DNA of 64,000 nucleotides from Octopus vulgaris (Eukaryota): NCBI GenBank assembly GCA_951406725.2, contig OX597826.1, positions 25,978,001 to 26,042,000 of the forward strand, read 5' to 3'. Shown piece by piece: positions 62,683 to 64,000 of this stretch (position 1 is its first letter; each line of letters starts with the position of its first letter). The notes under the pieces were generated by a model. It saw only the letters and a program-made list of their open reading frames with translations, ran no database searches and was not told where the DNA came from. The position numbers and the translations under genes were made by a program.

Positions 62683-63380
62683 ATATATATATATATATGT
62701 AATAAATGCGCCCTTTTAAAGCGGTCTCCCGGTTTCTATGGCGCATGTGTTCTCCAGCTGGACGGGACGCCAGTCCATCGCAGCGTTACTCATTTTTGCC
62801 AGCTGAGTGGACTGGAGCAACGTGAAATGAAGTATTTTGCTCAAGAACACCACGCGTCACCCGTCCAGGAATCGAAACCACAGTCTTACGATCATGATGC
62901 TTACACTCTAACCACTAAGCCACGCAGCTTCACATATATCTATACATATACAGCTGAAATTGTCTCTCTGTGTGTAGCAGGTTTGGTAGCCTTCAACTAA
63001 CACTATCTCCTCCGAGATCCTGCGGCGCAAGTTGACCAAAATTGAGAGTATGATAGAAGAAAGCTTGCTCTTCATTCCGTAGAAGAAACAAATTCAAATC
63101 GGACTATGTTAAGACCAAAAATTATTTACATCAAAAAGCTGCATTTTTTCTATACAAATCCTTATTTTTTTACGATTTTTTGACTGCTGTGTCGCCATTT
63201 GTCTGTGTATTTCAACCAGAATAATGTTCACTTAAAGAGAATAACAAGCTACATAATGCACAATCTTTACTTTTCCAAAAAATTGAAACTATGTCAAAAA
63301 CTTGGTTGACGCCACATCAAAGTCTGCCGTTTTAAGCGCAACTGAAAAACAAACCCGAGCAACGCCGGGTGATACCGCTA

Positions 63381-63440
<60 letters not shown>

Positions 63441-63626
63441 TGGCAGATAAATGGATAGATAGGTAGATTGACAGATAATTAGTCAGAAATAGGTGGTACA
63501 TCATATCGACCGTTATAAAATGTTTTCTCATACAACCGATTGTACCATCAAATTTATAAAGATGAGTATGATAATGAGCCTTAAATAAATCAATAGATGT
63601 ATGCATACGGATGCATATATATATGC

Positions 63627-63668
<42 letters not shown>

Positions 63669-63699
63669 AGGCGCATATTGTGGAGGCGCATATTGTGTA

Positions 63700-63995
63700 G
63701 GCGCAATGGCCCAATGGTTCAGGCAGCGGACTCGCGGTTGTAGGATCGTGGTTTCGATTCCCAGACCGGGCGTTGTGCGTGTTTATTGAGCGAAAACACC
63801 TAAAGCTCCACGAGACTCCGGTAGAGGGTGATGGCGATCCCTGCTGTATTCTTTCGCCGTAAATTTCTCTCACTTTTTCTTCTGTTGGCCTACTTGCTTA
63901 GTCAGCGGGGTGGCGTCATTTGAAGGCTAAAACAATGCGAAACGCATGGTGACCAGCGATGTGTAGCAACATCTGATAGGTCACGTGATCACGTA
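63700..63995 (+). mobile_element. SINE family C
   Basis: Shares head and body with the 62369 copy. Confidence 0.78.
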
Positions 63996-64000
63996 ATATA

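Overview
AT-rich, microsatellite- and SINE-dense animal DNA; the repeat content (tRNA-derived CORE-type SINEs, Dong/R4 LINEs in (TAA)n, Tx1, Tc1/mariner relics) suggests an octopus or other coleoid genome (inference). Almost all ORFs in the supplied track are repeat noise. Manual splicing reveals a cluster of four paralogous small secreted Cys-rich protein genes with all-phase-1 GT-AG introns. Gene A is partial (+, last two exons 95-178 and 1873-2021). Gene B (+, 22225-28331) encodes 196 aa, gene C (+, 32486-43807) 183 aa, and gene D (-, 55275-47916) 237 aa. B, C and D share four coding exons and a layout of signal peptide, charged pro-like region and a ~105-aa beta-strand-like Cys domain. The Cys spacing resembles Pfam DUF4773 (recalled from memory, needs an HMM check). 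Cysteines are gained and lost in pairs, and between B and C the mature exons diverge faster than the signal exon and 3'UTR, as in toxin or other effector families.
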